Source: Eledone cirrhosa
Taxonomy: Eukaryota
DNA: 64,000 nucleotides
NCBI GenBank assembly: GCA_964016885.1
Contig: OZ024743.1
Location: 167,524,001-167,588,000 of the forward strand
Reading direction: 5' to 3'
The stretch's first letter is position 1. Each line of letters starts with the position of its first letter. The notes beneath the pieces were generated by a model. That model ran no database searches. It was not told where the DNA came from and was given only the letters and a program-made list of their open reading frames with translations. This document shows positions 13,622-26,280 of this stretch, one piece after another. The position numbers and the translations under genes are program-made.

Positions 13622-13655
13622 GTGGTCTTTCCCATCTTTTCCACTCCTTTTCAAC

Positions 13656-16600
13656 ATGACCTCACTCAGAATAGGTAGCATAAATGCACGTGGCTTGGGG
13701 TCGTCATGGAAGCAGGGCCACCTGCTCAACGACCTCAGGTCACTAAACATAGATGTAGTGGCCATCAGCGAGACCAGAATCTCCGAGGCACAGGCTTTCG
13801 CACCGATCTTCGGCGGCTACGATGTGTACGCATCTCCCAGCCGTCCGGGATCGGGGGGAGGAGTTGCTGTGCTTTTTCGGAGAGGTTTGGATCTTGCCAT
13901 ACGGGCCATCTTCATGGACCCAGAAGGTAAGTTGGTGGTGCTGGACGTGACCAGCGGAGACGGGCAAGCTTTCAGGTTAGTGGCCGTCTATGCCCCGACA
14001 GGAGCAGGGCGGCCTGATTTCTTCCGGCGTCTGGAGACCTTTCTTGGAACGTCCCGCTCTTTAGTGTTAGTGGGCGACTGGAACGGGATCTTAGATGCAC
14101 GCTGGGATTGTGTGGGATTAGTGGATAGGGAAGGAGGGTGCAAGAGTCTCACCAACCTGCTCAGACGTTTTGAACTGTCTGACAGGTACCGAATGGATTT
14201 CCCGAATGTACCAATGTGGACTTGGACAAATCGTATAGGGTCATCCAGATCATATCTAGATAGAGTATTTTGTAGGGAAATAGATAGGTCTAGCATAGGC
14301 TGTCCACAATTCAAAATAGTCAGCTACACGGACCACAAATTCGTGATCTGTGTGCTTGACTTAGATAGGCTTCATAGACAAGGACCCGGCTACTGGAAGC
14401 TAAACGCGTCCTTACCAGCGCGCAAGGCCTACAGAGACCGGATTAGCGAACTAGTTAAGCGGGCGTTGACGGGGGCCATCGTCAACAACAAGTGGTGGTT
14501 TGCTCTGAAAAGAGCAATTAGAATAGAGTCCATTAGGTTTAGTAAGACTTTAGCAATAGAGAAAAATAGAGCAGAGGGAGAATTAGTTAGAAAATTAGAT
14601 GAGGCGCTTAGCAAAGGCATCGCGACCGACGTACTTGCGGCGAAATTGGCCCTTGACCAATTCTTCAATGCAAAGCACGAAGGCTGCGTTGTCAGAGCTA
14701 GGGTGCGTGCTCTCAGACACGAGGGGACGAAAGCCGTTCAATGGGCCCGAGTGGCGGAGGCGCGTCGTGGCAACAAAGCCACAATCCGGTCTTTGGTGGA
14801 CCACGACGGGCGCATGCTACTCGATCCCGGGCAAATGTGTGAAGCTTTTCAGCGACACTTCGCTCAACTGTTCGGGCGCAGTGGCGGGCCGGATCGAGGG
14901 ATGGACTTTAGTGTCTACCTCGACGGACTGCCGCGGCTTTCGTCCACTGAGGCGGAGTGTTGCGAAAAGCCGATAACAACCGCTGAAGTACGGGATGCAA
15001 TGAATAGTTGCACAAGGGGTAAATCGCCTGGTTTGGATGGTCTGCCCTATGAACTTTACGTACAAATGCCAAACTTGTTCGGAGGCCTCTTGGCGGACGT
15101 CTACTGCAACTGGCAACAGAACGGGAGTATTCCCAGCTCTGTGAGCCGAGGAGCGGTGGCGCTGCTGAGAAAGGATCCGAACAAGGGGGATAACATAGAT
15201 AATTTTAGGCCCATAACTCTGCTAAACACAGAGTTCAAGATTTTGGCCAAGGTGCTAGCAAAGAGGTTGGCGCTTGTCGTTGGTGGTCTGGTGGGAGAGG
15301 CACAGACATGCGCCATTCCCGACAGATCCATCCACGACAACCTCCACCTCATGCGATACATCGTAGAGAGGGTAGCTAAGGAACCTGGCACGGGTGGGTC
15401 TTTGATCAATTTAGATCAGTCGAAAGCCTTCGATAGGGTCGACCATCGTTACCTAGCGGTAGTCCTGAGGGCGGCTGGCTTTGGGCCCGTCTTCAGAGGC
15501 TGGATCGCTGCCATGCACAGCGACATCTGCTCTGTAGTGAGAGTGAACGGTCACCTTTCGGAACATCATCCGCTCGGTCCGCCAAGGATGTCCCCTCTCG
15601 TCCCTATTGTACGTATTGACTCTCGAGCCATTACTGCACAAACTGGAGACGTTGAGGGGGGTCCCGCGCGAACTAGGATGCGGAAGATCCGTGTCAGCAT
15701 ATGCCGACGATGTCACCGTAGTGGTGTCGAACGCCAAACACATCGAGGCGATCGGCACTACACTAAGAGAATACGAAGCGGTGACAGGAGCAATGATCAA
15801 CCAGGAAAAGTCAGTGGGCCTGCAGCTCGGCACCTGGAGAGGCAGGTCCATGCCGTCCAACAGCGTCGTCGGGCGCTGGACGGACGGACCGGTTAAATTG
15901 CTAGGGGTCTGGTTCGGTCCAGACCTCCAGACGGACAAAAAATGGGACGAGGTGACGAGCAGGGTGGCTTCTCTCACCCAGAAATGGGCCGAGAGAAAGC
16001 TATCCCTGAAAGGTCGAGCGGAGGTGGTGAATGCGTACATCGCATCCGTCATCTACTACCGCCTGACCGTCGTACCTTGTCCTAAGCCCCGCCTGACTGC
16101 GCTGGAGCGTTTGCTCTTTCGCTTCTTGTGGAAGGGACGCGCTCCGATGGTCAGGCGGTCCATCTGTTGTCAACACCCGCTACGTGGAGGGCTGGGCATG
16201 CCGTGGCTGATGATGCGCAGACACGCGCTCAGGCTACGACATCTCCACCTCTTCCTCGACGGTGATCAGGTGTGGTCGCCGTTTGCAAGACACGTTTTTC
16301 CCCAGCTCGTCTCCTTGACGGAGCTGCAGTCCTGGGTTAAGCGAAGACCGAGAGGGAGCGTTTGGAGACTGGAATGTCTTCAGGCGCTCACAGCCCTCGA
16401 CCAATCGGGCAATGTGATCGGTGGAAACTCCACCTTGGCGTTCTATAGGGGATTAGTGGAGGGGAAGAGCGACGACGTACTTGGAGAAACTCTAGGCGTC
16501 GACGAAAATCAACTAGCCAATCTCTTCGGAAGGACTTTCGGGCCGGGGCCTATGGACAACTTCCAGAAATCCCTGGCCTGGCAGTGCTACCGAGGAGCTT

Positions 16601-17066
16601 TGCCAGTTCGGGATAAACTCTACAGGCATGGAGGTGCCGTCAGCCGGGCATGTCCGAGATGCGCGCAGGGCGACGAAACCGTCCTGCACGCACTCGTCCA
16701 GTGTCCGAGCATTGCTGACTTGTGGGTTTATGTCGAACACCTGCTGTCACGTGTAGGACGGATCCAGCTATCAGCTGAGTCCATCGTGAGGATTGCCCCG
16801 CCCCTTCCTTTAGCCTGGAAGGGCAGGCAGTTTTTATCTGTCTGGTGGCCATGGCGAAAGAGATAGTATGGTGGACACGTTTGAAAGGGCTGAAGACGAG
16901 CACTTACCTCTTCGGTGATGCCCTGATTAACTTTTTCAAATTTCATTTGAAAAGGAAAATCAGGGTAGAGAGGGAAGTGCTCTCTTCCCAGCATTTTGTT
17001 GAAAGATGGGTGAGAGAAGCAAGTATGGCCCGAATGAATGGGCCTTCTCTGAGTATGTGTCTGTAA
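13656..17066 (+). pseudogene. Tx1-like ORF2 (APE endonuclease, RT, C-terminal Zn finger), 2 frameshifts
   Basis: SINARGL, AISET, VGDWN, SYLDRV, YTDH; KSPGLDGLP, FRPITLLN, LDQSKAFDRV, AYADD; CPRC..DETVLHALVQC. Frame breaks near 15565 and 16815. Confidence 0.9.
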
Positions 17067-17324
17067 ATTAAAGGTGGAAAACTGGGAGAGGGCACTTGCC
17101 CTGGTGGTCAGGGCCACTGTGGTCTTTTAATGGGCTTTCTCCACAAATGTCCCTTGGAAGTCTCCCCCCTATTGGGGAATTTTTCTTTGTTATTTTATTT
17201 CAACCTCTGTTTTTTTACACGCAGAAATGCCCATTTGTACCGTCCTGTATTGTCCTGTACTGTCCTTAATGTCTACTTTATGTGAACCCTTGTGGTTAAT
17301 AAAGAAAACATTATTATTATTATT

Positions 17325-20300
17325 GTTCTTTGAGTCTCAGTCTGTTAGTTAACTGGAAAGTTTGTTGAAATGAATATCAAGCCACTACCTGCAGCCTCAG
17401 ATATTCAGGACGTATCGGAGGGTTCTTGCTGTTCCCAGCAAGCATGCCTTTTGAAGCGTTCCAAAAAGCGTGGCGGGACCAATTTTCTTTAACCATCCCT
17501 GGAAACCTTTTGAGATAGTACCTAGTGCGCCTATGACAATCGGGATCACTTTGACTTCATGGCAGTTCCAAATCCTTTTTACCTCCCACTTTAAGTCCGG
17601 GTATCGGTTAATTTTCTCCCTCTCCTTCTCTTGCACTCTCGTGACGAATGGGCAGGCCACATCCACAATCAGACAATATCTTTTTTCCTTGTCCAAAACC
17701 ACCAGGTCAGGTCTATTGTGTTCCAGTTTCTTGTCCGTCTGTATCCTAAAATCCCACAGCACCTTCACCTATTCGTTTCTATCACCGACTCTGGCTTAGC
17801 TCATACCACTTCTCAGAATGTGATAAATTGTTTACTTTGCATAGGTGGATCACCCTGCCCATCACATCATGTGATCTGAGGGTGATCTGAGCATTGACTT
17901 CTTACTATCAGTCACGTATTTGTGTAGGTTGTTTTTCTCCATCTGAACACAGTCCTCTATGCTGATAAGACCTCTTCCACCTTCAGATCTCCTTAAGTAG
18001 AGTCTATCGACATCACTCCTCTTGTGGAACATGTTGTAGATAGTCAATAGCTTCCTAGTCTTCCTATCCATTTCTTTTTGTTCAGCAACATTCCATCTCA
18101 GAATTCCCGCACTGTACCTAATAATAGACACAGCTCGGGAATTTACTGCACTTATGGCATTCCTACTGTTCAGATGTGACTTTAATATGCTCCTTACTCT
18201 CTGAGTGTATTCAGATCTTATCAATTCCTTCATTTTTTTTTGTTCTTGATGTCATCAACCTCCAGAACACCCAAATACTTGTATCCCTCTTCAGTGTCAA
18301 TTTCCTTTATCATCTCACCCGTTGGTACCTGGATTCCGTTGCTTCTGCTCAATTTACCCCTCTTCATCACAAGGACTCCACACTTACGAATACCAAATTG
18401 CATACATATATCATTGCTGAAAATACGGACAGTGTCAACAAGCACATCCAACTCCTTCTCACTCTTCCCGAAGAGCTTAAGATCGTCCATGAGGAGGAGG
18501 TGATTGATGGTAAGCTCTCCCTTTCCTAACTTGTATCCTGATCTCACTTTTCGCAGTATAATGGTCAGGGGCATCAGGGCAAGGACAAACAACAGAGGGG
18601 ACAGACTATCTCCCTGGAAGATACCTCTCTTGATCTTCACGCCTCCCAAGGATTCTCCAGCTGATGTTAACTCTGTTTTCCAAGACCTCATACTTTTGCC
18701 CAACAACTGTCAGATGTTATCTGCCACCTTCAAGATCTCTAGGCTTTTGGTGATCCAAGAATGAGGCACCATGTCACATGCCTTTTTGTAGTCTATCCAT
18801 CCCATGGCAAGACCAGTGTGTCTCCTCTTGCAATTCATCATTACCATCTTATCAATAAGTAACTGGTCCTTTGTACCACGGGACTTCTTTCGGCATCGTT
18901 TCTGTTCGTCCGGTAACAAGTTGTTTGTGTGGAGGTGATGGTAGATTTCCTCAGACATAATGCTTGTCAACAGTTTCCACATTACGGACAGACATGTGAT
19001 AGGTCTATAGTTGGTAACATCATTACCTTTGATTCGGTCTTTCATTACCAGAACTGTGGTACCTTTTGTCAACCACTCTGGTACCTCACCTGACCTCAAG
19101 CAGTCATTGAACATGGCCGTCAGTTTCGGGTGGAGGGATGTTATATTTTTAATCCAATACCCCTGCACACCATCTGGGCCTGGTGATTTCCAGTTGGTTA
19201 GTTTTTTTGGCCTGCCCCTTAAGAGTTTCAACTGTGATACTCAAGTCAGTTTGTTGGTGTGCTTGTTCACTAATCTCCTTTTGTACTGTCTCAATCCACA
19301 CTGCCTGGTCATTATGTTTAACATCCTGCTCCCATATTCCTCTCCAGAATGTCTTAGTTTGTTCTGCCTCAGGGATCAAGTCGTTGCCTCTTTCTTTCCC
19401 TTCAAGCTATCCAAACAACATCTTCTGGTTGTTGTCAAACATGCGGTTCTGTCTATACTGACTGACTCTGCTCTCGTATCGCCTAATTTTTGCACTCTTT
19501 GCTACAATGCGTTGCTTCAGTTCGTCTATGATAATATTCAGCTTTTTCCTCCTAGTTTTGTACATTATTTCCAGTCTATTTTTAGTGTCTATGTTTTTTA
19601 GTGTCCCATTCAGTAGGGACTCAAGCTTTCCAATGTCATTTCTCATTTCCTTGATTTGACCATTCAGTCGTTTCTTCCACCAAGGTTCTGATCTTTCTTG
19701 TTTGTTGTTTCCTCTCGCTTTTATGACAAGTAATTTCCTCACCGCATTTGATGTTGCTTTGAGGATATTGTTGCACTGGTGAAGGCTCCTCGCCTCAAGG
19801 TATGGGATGACTTTGTTTACCTTAGCTGTTGTTTCTTTTAACTTTTTCCTGTCTACAAATCTTAGGTTCATAGGTTTCCCACTATCATTGTTCAATTCAT
19901 CTACCACTAAGTTTAGGATATCAACCAAATCTTGTCCTAGCCCGTCAGCATTCATCTCCTCAATGGCCGTATCTTTGTTCCAGGTATTATTTATTTCAGC
20001 ATTCAGATCATTGTCTGCTTCGGATGGCTCCTCCATTCTCTCAACCTCTTAACCTTCATTTCCCACTGGCTCGTTTGCCTGGCATACTCCACTCTCCATC
20101 TCCAAGCTAATCTCTCTGCTCAGTTCCTTCAGTTCTAGCTCGCTTATCCACCCATTAGTTCTTATTACCCGAACCTGCCCGGCCAATTTTTGTTCATCTA
20201 ATTTAAATGGACCAATCTCGTTCCAGATGTTATGCATCCGTTTCCTATAGCCTATTTCCTTGGGGTTACTCTTCAGGTAACATTGCATAACAGTTCTATT

Positions 20301-21216
20301 CACTTCTTTCGTCCAGTTGGTTCTGGTCCCTTTCCTTCTTCTTCTTCCTCCTCCGACACCAGCAGTATTTGGTTGACAGCCAGGTCCCTGCTGCTGAGCC
20401 AGGGAGCACCTGCTGGGCGAGAGTCTGTCACATGACATTCCAGTCTCCACTTTACCGTTATTCGAACTGTTTAGGTTCGACATTTAAACACTCTTATCGA
20501 GGATTGGTGAATGTATGGTTGCATAACCACCGGTGATTTCATCACCCCCGGTGATTTTAGTGTGGCACTATCACGCTGTAGACGAACATAAATAAACAAA
20601 CAAATAGGTAAACCCCCCCCAAAAAAGAATAAGCATAAGTTTCATTGTAATGTAATGTTTGAATGTCTGACTTAGTTTTTTTTTTTTTTTCCCCCCTTCT
20701 CTGTCTGTTTGTTTTTCTTTTCATTTTCCTTTTCTTTACGTTTTTCGTTGTTGCTGTGCTGTTTTGATTTTGATTTTTGTTTTTTTGATCTGTTGACCGG
20801 CTCAGCAAATCAGTCTATTTATATCTTTTGATGCCTTCCTCTTTTAGTGGGTACACTACGATGCATGTCTTAGCAGGAGGTAGTGGGAGAGAATAGCGTA
20901 GGTAGCGATAATGAGGTAGTGGTGGTGGTGGTGGTGGTGGTGGTGGTGTGCTAGTAGTACTTAGCAGGAGGTAGTGGCAGAGAATAGCGGCGGTAGCGAT
21001 AATGAGGCAGTGGTGGTGGTGATGTGGTCGTAGTACTGTAGTGATGGTGTTGAAGTTGAAGTAGAAATAGAAGTTGAGGTAACTTGACTAGAGTTTTCGG
21101 CGTGGTAGTGGTGATGGTGGCGGTGGTGGTGTTGGTGGTGAAATTATTTGCCTCTCTGTCCACTTAGCCATTTTGCCATTTTTCGCTTTTTCGACTATAA
21201 CATTTCTGATCCAAAA
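17325..21216 (-). mobile_element. R4/Dong-like family A, near full length with frameshifts and internal deletions
   Basis: ORF pieces 20483 to 17397: N-terminal domain, KSPGPDGV, YRPITCL, GIFQGDSLSPLLF, LMDDLKLF, YKYLG, RLE NRPDLVV..IVDVACP..EKINRY. (TAA)n at both ends; the 5' boundary is inferred from the (AAT)n at ~21217. Confidence 0.88.
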
Positions 21217-21228
21217 TTATTATTATTA

Positions 21229-23626
21229 TTGCGAAAAGCCAATAACAGCCGGTGAAATACGGGAAGCGATGGCTAACTGCACAAGGGGTAAATCGCCAGG
21301 TTTAGATGGTCTTCCCTACGAGCTTTATGCATTTATGCCAGACTTGTTCGGTGACCTCTTGGCAGACGTCTACTGCAACTGGCAGCAGAACGGGAGAATT
21401 CCCAGTTTTGTGAGCCGGGGAGCAGTGGCGCTGCTGAGAAAAGACCCGAACAATGGGGATGTTATCGATAATTTCAGGCCCATAACCCTGCTAAACGCAG
21501 AGTTCAAGATTTTGGCCAAGGTGTTAGCAACGAGGTTGGCGCTTGTCGTCAAAGGTCTGGTGGGAGAGGCGCAGACATGCGCCATTCCGGACAGATCCAT
21601 ACACGACAACCACCAGCTCATGCGATACATCATAGAGAGGGTGGTTAAGGAACCTGGCACGGTTGGGGCCCTGGTCAACTTGGATCAATCCAAAGCATTC
21701 GATAGGGTCGACCATCGGTACCTGGCGGCGGTCCTCGAGGCAGCCGGTTTCGGGCCCGTTTTCAGGGGTTGGATCGCAGCAATGTACAGCGACATCTGCT
21801 CAGTTGTGAGGGTGAACGGTCACCTGTCACAGCCGTTTAGCATCATGCGATCAGTCCGCCAGGGTTGTCCCCTCTCGTCCCTCTTGTACGTATTGGCTCT
21901 CAAGCCGTTACTGCACAAACTGGGGGCGATGAGGGGCGTCCCACGCGAACTAGGATGCGGGAAATCCGAGTCGGCTTATGCTGACGACGTCACCGTGGTG
22001 GTGTCGAGCACCAGACACGTCCAGATGCTCGGCACCGCTCTCAAGGAATACGAAGCGGTGACAGGAGCAAAGATAAACCAGGAAAAGTCGGTGGGCTTGC
22101 AGCTAGGCACCTGGAGAGGCAAGTCCATGCTGTCCGACAGTGTCGTGGGGCGTTGGACGGACGGACCGGTTAAATTGCTCAGGGTCTGGTTCGGACCGGA
22201 CCTCCAGATGGAGAAAAACTGGAACGAGGTGACGAGCAGGGTGGCCTCCATCACCCAGAAATGGGCTGAGAGGAAGCTGTCCCTGAAAGGTCGGGCGGAG
22301 GTGGCGAATGCGTACATCGCATCCGTCATCTGCTACCCCTCACCGTCGTCCCTTGCTCCAGCCCAATTCTCACCAAAATGGAGCGCCTCCTCTTCCGCTT
22401 TTTGTGGAAGGGACGCGCTCCCATGGTCAGACGATCCATCTTCTGTCAACACCCGTTGCGTGGAGGACTGGGCATGCCATGGCTGATGATGCGCAAACAT
22501 GCGCTGAGGCTGCGACATCTCTGGTGCTTCCTTGATGGTGAACGGGTGTGGTCGCCGTTCGCCAGGCACGTTTTCCCACCGCTCGTCTCCTTGACGGAGC
22601 TGCAGTCCTGGGTCAGAAAAAGACCGAGGGATAGCGCTTGGAAACTGGAATGTCACCAGGCGCTCACTGCCCTCTCCCAGCTGGGCAACAGTATCGGTGG
22701 AACATCCACCTTGGCGTTCTATAGTCGACTAGTGGAGGGGAAGAGCGACGACATTCTCGTAGAGATATTGGGCGTAGAAGAAGATCAGCTGTTTGCTCTC
22801 TTCCGGAGAACTTTCAGCCCGGGGCCTATGGATAACTTCCAAAAATCCCTGGCCTGGTAGTGCTACCGGGGAGCGCTGCCGGTTCGAGATAACCTCTACA
22901 GGCATGGAAGTGCCGTCAGCCGAGCCTGTCCGAGATGCGCGCAGAGCGCCGAAACCGTTGTGCACGCACTCGTTCAGTGCCCGCGCATTGCTGACTTGTG
23001 GAGCTATGTCGAACATTGCTGTCGCGTGTGGGACTGATGCGGTTGTCGACTGAGTCCATTGTGCAGATGGTCTCGCCGTCTTCCTTCGAGGAGGAAGGGC
23101 AGGCGGTTTTCATCTGCCTGGTGGCCATGGCGAAAGAGATTGTGTGGTGGACAAGGTTAAAAGGGTTAAAGACAGACACTTTCCTCTTCGGCGAATCCCT
23201 AATTAACTTTTTCAAGTTTCACTTGAAGAGGAAATTCAGAGTGGAGAAAGAAGTTTGTTAAAAGGTGGGTGAATGTAGCGAGAATGGTCCGAGTGAACGG
23301 GACCACTCTGAATATACGTCTGTAGTTTGAGAGATGGAAAAATTGAGAGAGGGCGCTTGCCCTGGTGGTCAGGGTGGCCGTGGTCTTTTATGTGGTTTTC
23401 GCCACGAGTAACCCTCGGAGGTTTCCCCCCTATTGGGGAATTTTTCATTGTTTCAATTTTCATTTTTATTGTTTATATATATATATGTTTCTATGTCCTT
23501 TTTTTCTTTTCTTATATAAATAATAACAATATTTACACGCACAAAACCCACATCGAACCGTCCTGTACCGTCCTGTGCCGTCTGTAATGTTTTTCTTGAT
23601 GTCAGCCCTTATGGCCTATAAACAAA

Positions 23627-23628
<2 letters not shown>
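21229..23628 (+). mobile_element. Tx1/L1-clade LINE, 5'-truncated sister subfamily (copy T2)
   Basis: Starts at CEKPITAGE immediately after (ATT)n; full RT (QGCPLS, AYADD), Zn finger and 3' UTR; ends at (ATT)n. Confidence 0.9.

Positions 23629-23686
<58 letters not shown>
23629..23686. repeat. (ATT)n microsatellite
   Basis: Direct reading; tail-to-tail junction between T2 and a Dong family B element. Confidence 0.95.
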
Positions 23687-23687
<1 letters not shown>

Positions 23688-26264
23688 TGCTGCAATTATC
23701 TTGCTTTATGTTCATACGAGTTAACACCAAGTCACAACCAGTGACCTCAAGAGACAACAAGGTCCGCCATGTTCAAGAAAGAACATACATACTCACACAT
23801 GCATCTTTAGTGTTTAGACTTGTGATGTACTTATATTGACAGAATCTTCCTTAGTATATGGGCAGTTCCCATTAGTACTATCTTTTGTATTTCTCCTATA
23901 CGCGGGTTTCCTGGGATTTGCGATAAGTAATCATTAGACCCCTTAGGTATCATTCCTAGAGCGCCTACAACCACTGGTATTATTTTAGTTCTCAATTTCC
24001 ACATTTTTCCAATTTCTATCTCCAGGTCCTTATACTTGCTCAATTTTTCAAATGTTTTTATAGATACATTCTTTTCCAATAGGAACGGACATATCAATTA
24101 GCAGGCATACCCTCTTTTTAAAGTCCTTCAATATTATATCAGGTCTATTTGCATCTATTTTTCGGTCTGTTTGGATGCTAAAGTTCCACAAGATTGAGAT
24201 GTGATCTTTTTCAAGTATGGGAGGTGGTTGATGCTCCCACCAATTCTTTTGATGGGGCAGGTCAAAATGCTTACACATTATCCAATGTATGTATTGTGCA
24301 GCTCTGTCATGCCTGTTTAGGTATTCGGTTGGAGCTATAGGACTGCACATTGAAATTATATGGTCAATGGTCTCTGGTTGTTTTTTACATACACGGCATA
24401 ATGGGCTGCATCCATTTTTTATTATGTTGGCTTGATAATTTTTTGTAGGCAGACACTGATCTTGTGCTGATATAATCAGTCCTTCAGTCTCCGATTTCAG
24501 TCCACAGGATGCCAACCACTGATGGGTTAAAGTTTTGTCAACATCAGGATTGTTAGCTCGTTCTGGGTATTTTCCATACAGAGGCTTTTCTTGCCATTTC
24601 TTAGCCAGTTTCTGTAGCAGTTCTTTCTTTGCAGTTACCTTTACCTGCTTTGCTTTTTCTGTGTTTTCCATTTCAGCAGTAAATGGGACTTCTGAAATGT
24701 GTAGTCCATTACTGTATCTTTGTGCATCTTTTGTAATGGAGTATGATCTTTTGGTGCTTTCGTGTTTCAAAACGAGTTTGATCATCCAATCATGTGATTC
24801 CCTTAGATATGTAGATAATCCAATTGTTGCAGTTTTCAACGCAATGTCTAACTGGATTAACCCACGTCCTCCTTCTTTCCTAGGGAGATATATTCTATTT
24901 GTATCTGCCTTAGGGTGATGCATTCTGTGCATGGTTAAGAATTTTCGAATTTTTGTATCGAGCCTACGGATCTCTGTGCTTAACCAATTGATGACATTGT
25001 AACTGTAGGTTACTACTGGTATGGCAAGCGTGTTTATGGCATCGATCCTATTCCTTGCATTCAATTCCGTTCTTAAGATTGCTCTTACTCTGCAGTAACA
25101 TTCCTACCTTATCCTTTCCCTCATTGTCGAGTGCTTGATTCCGTCTCCTTCACAAACACCTAGATATTTGTAAGTTTCCTCTTGATCAAGTTCTCTTATC
25201 ACATTCCCTCGATCAAGATTAATGTCTGAACTTTCCAGCAGCTTTCCTCTGGTGAACGTTGCTTTGGCGCATTTATTTAGTCCAAACTCCATTTTAATGT
25301 CATCACTGAACTGCTCCACGGTGGATAATAGCTCTTGCAATTGTTCATCATTTTTTGCAAATAGTTTCAGGTCATCCATGTAGAACAAGTGATTAATGCT
25401 TTTGTCATAGACTTTATATCCATGTTTTGTTTCATTGAGCATTTTACTTAATGGTATAAGTGCGATGCAGAATAAAAGCGGTGATAAAGAGTCACCCTGA
25501 AAAATTCCACAATTAATATTAACTTCTCCAGCTTCCATTGATTTTGTTTCACTATTCAAAAGGAGTGTCGTTTTCCATGTCTCCATACTGAATAACAAAA
25601 ACCTCCTGACAACGGGGGATATTTTGAAAATCTCTAAACATATTTCAATCCAACTGTGTGGCAAACTATCGAATGCTTTTTTATAATCTATCCAAGCAAT
25701 TTATAGATTTTTGTGTCTATTATGACAATCTTCCAGTATCATTTTGTTAACCAAAAGCTGATCCTTACAGCCATATGAGCCTCGTTTACACCCTTTCTGC
25801 TCAATGGGAAATAGGTCATTTGTTATCAGGTGGTCATATCTATATTCAGTTAGGACTGATGTTAAAATTTTATACATTGTGGTCAAGCAAGTTATCGGTC
25901 TGTAATTTTTGGGATTGTTTGTCTCATCATTCTTCGGAAGCAGGAATGTAATGCCGTTAACTAGCCATGATGGTATCTTTTCTGGCTCCTTAACTATTTC
26001 ATTGTAAAGTTGGGCTAACAGCTCATGAGATTCTGTGAAGGCATTTAACCAAAAATTTTGTATTTTGTCTTTTCCTGGGGATTTCCATTTGCTGGTTTTT
26101 CTTAGAGCCAAACGCAACTGTTCAACTGTTATATTTTCCCATATTTGTTCCTCAAGGTGAGCTGTATCTTTCATTTGTCTGTCTATCCATTGGGCATGTA
26201 TATTATGAACTTTTTCTTCGGCCCAGATCTTTTCCCAGAATTCTTGCACTTCCTCCTTGGGTGG
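23687..26264 (-). mobile_element. R4/Dong-like family B, 5'-truncated
   Basis: KSPGKDKI, YRPITCL, GIFQGDSLSPLLF, FYMDDLKLF, YKYLG, CRVCKKQPETIDHIISMC, NRPDIILKD..LLIDMSVP; (TAA)n at both ends. Confidence 0.9.
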
Positions 26265-26280
26265 TATTATTATTATTATT

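Larger units (their letters stand above)
11429..17310 (+). mobile_element. Tx1/L1-clade LINE family 1, full length, flanked by (ATT)n (copy T1)
   Basis: 5' UTR starting ggcgacctacgt, ORF1, ORF2 (APE-RT-Zn finger), 3' UTR ending aataaagaaaac; (ATT)n on both sides; near-identical inverted copy at 44366-50250. Confidence 0.92.

Noticed and set aside
13988-16052. Antisense ORFs recurring in several Tx1 copies
   Set aside because: Expected shadows of GC-rich ORF2 codon usage in closely related copies; no recognisable domain.
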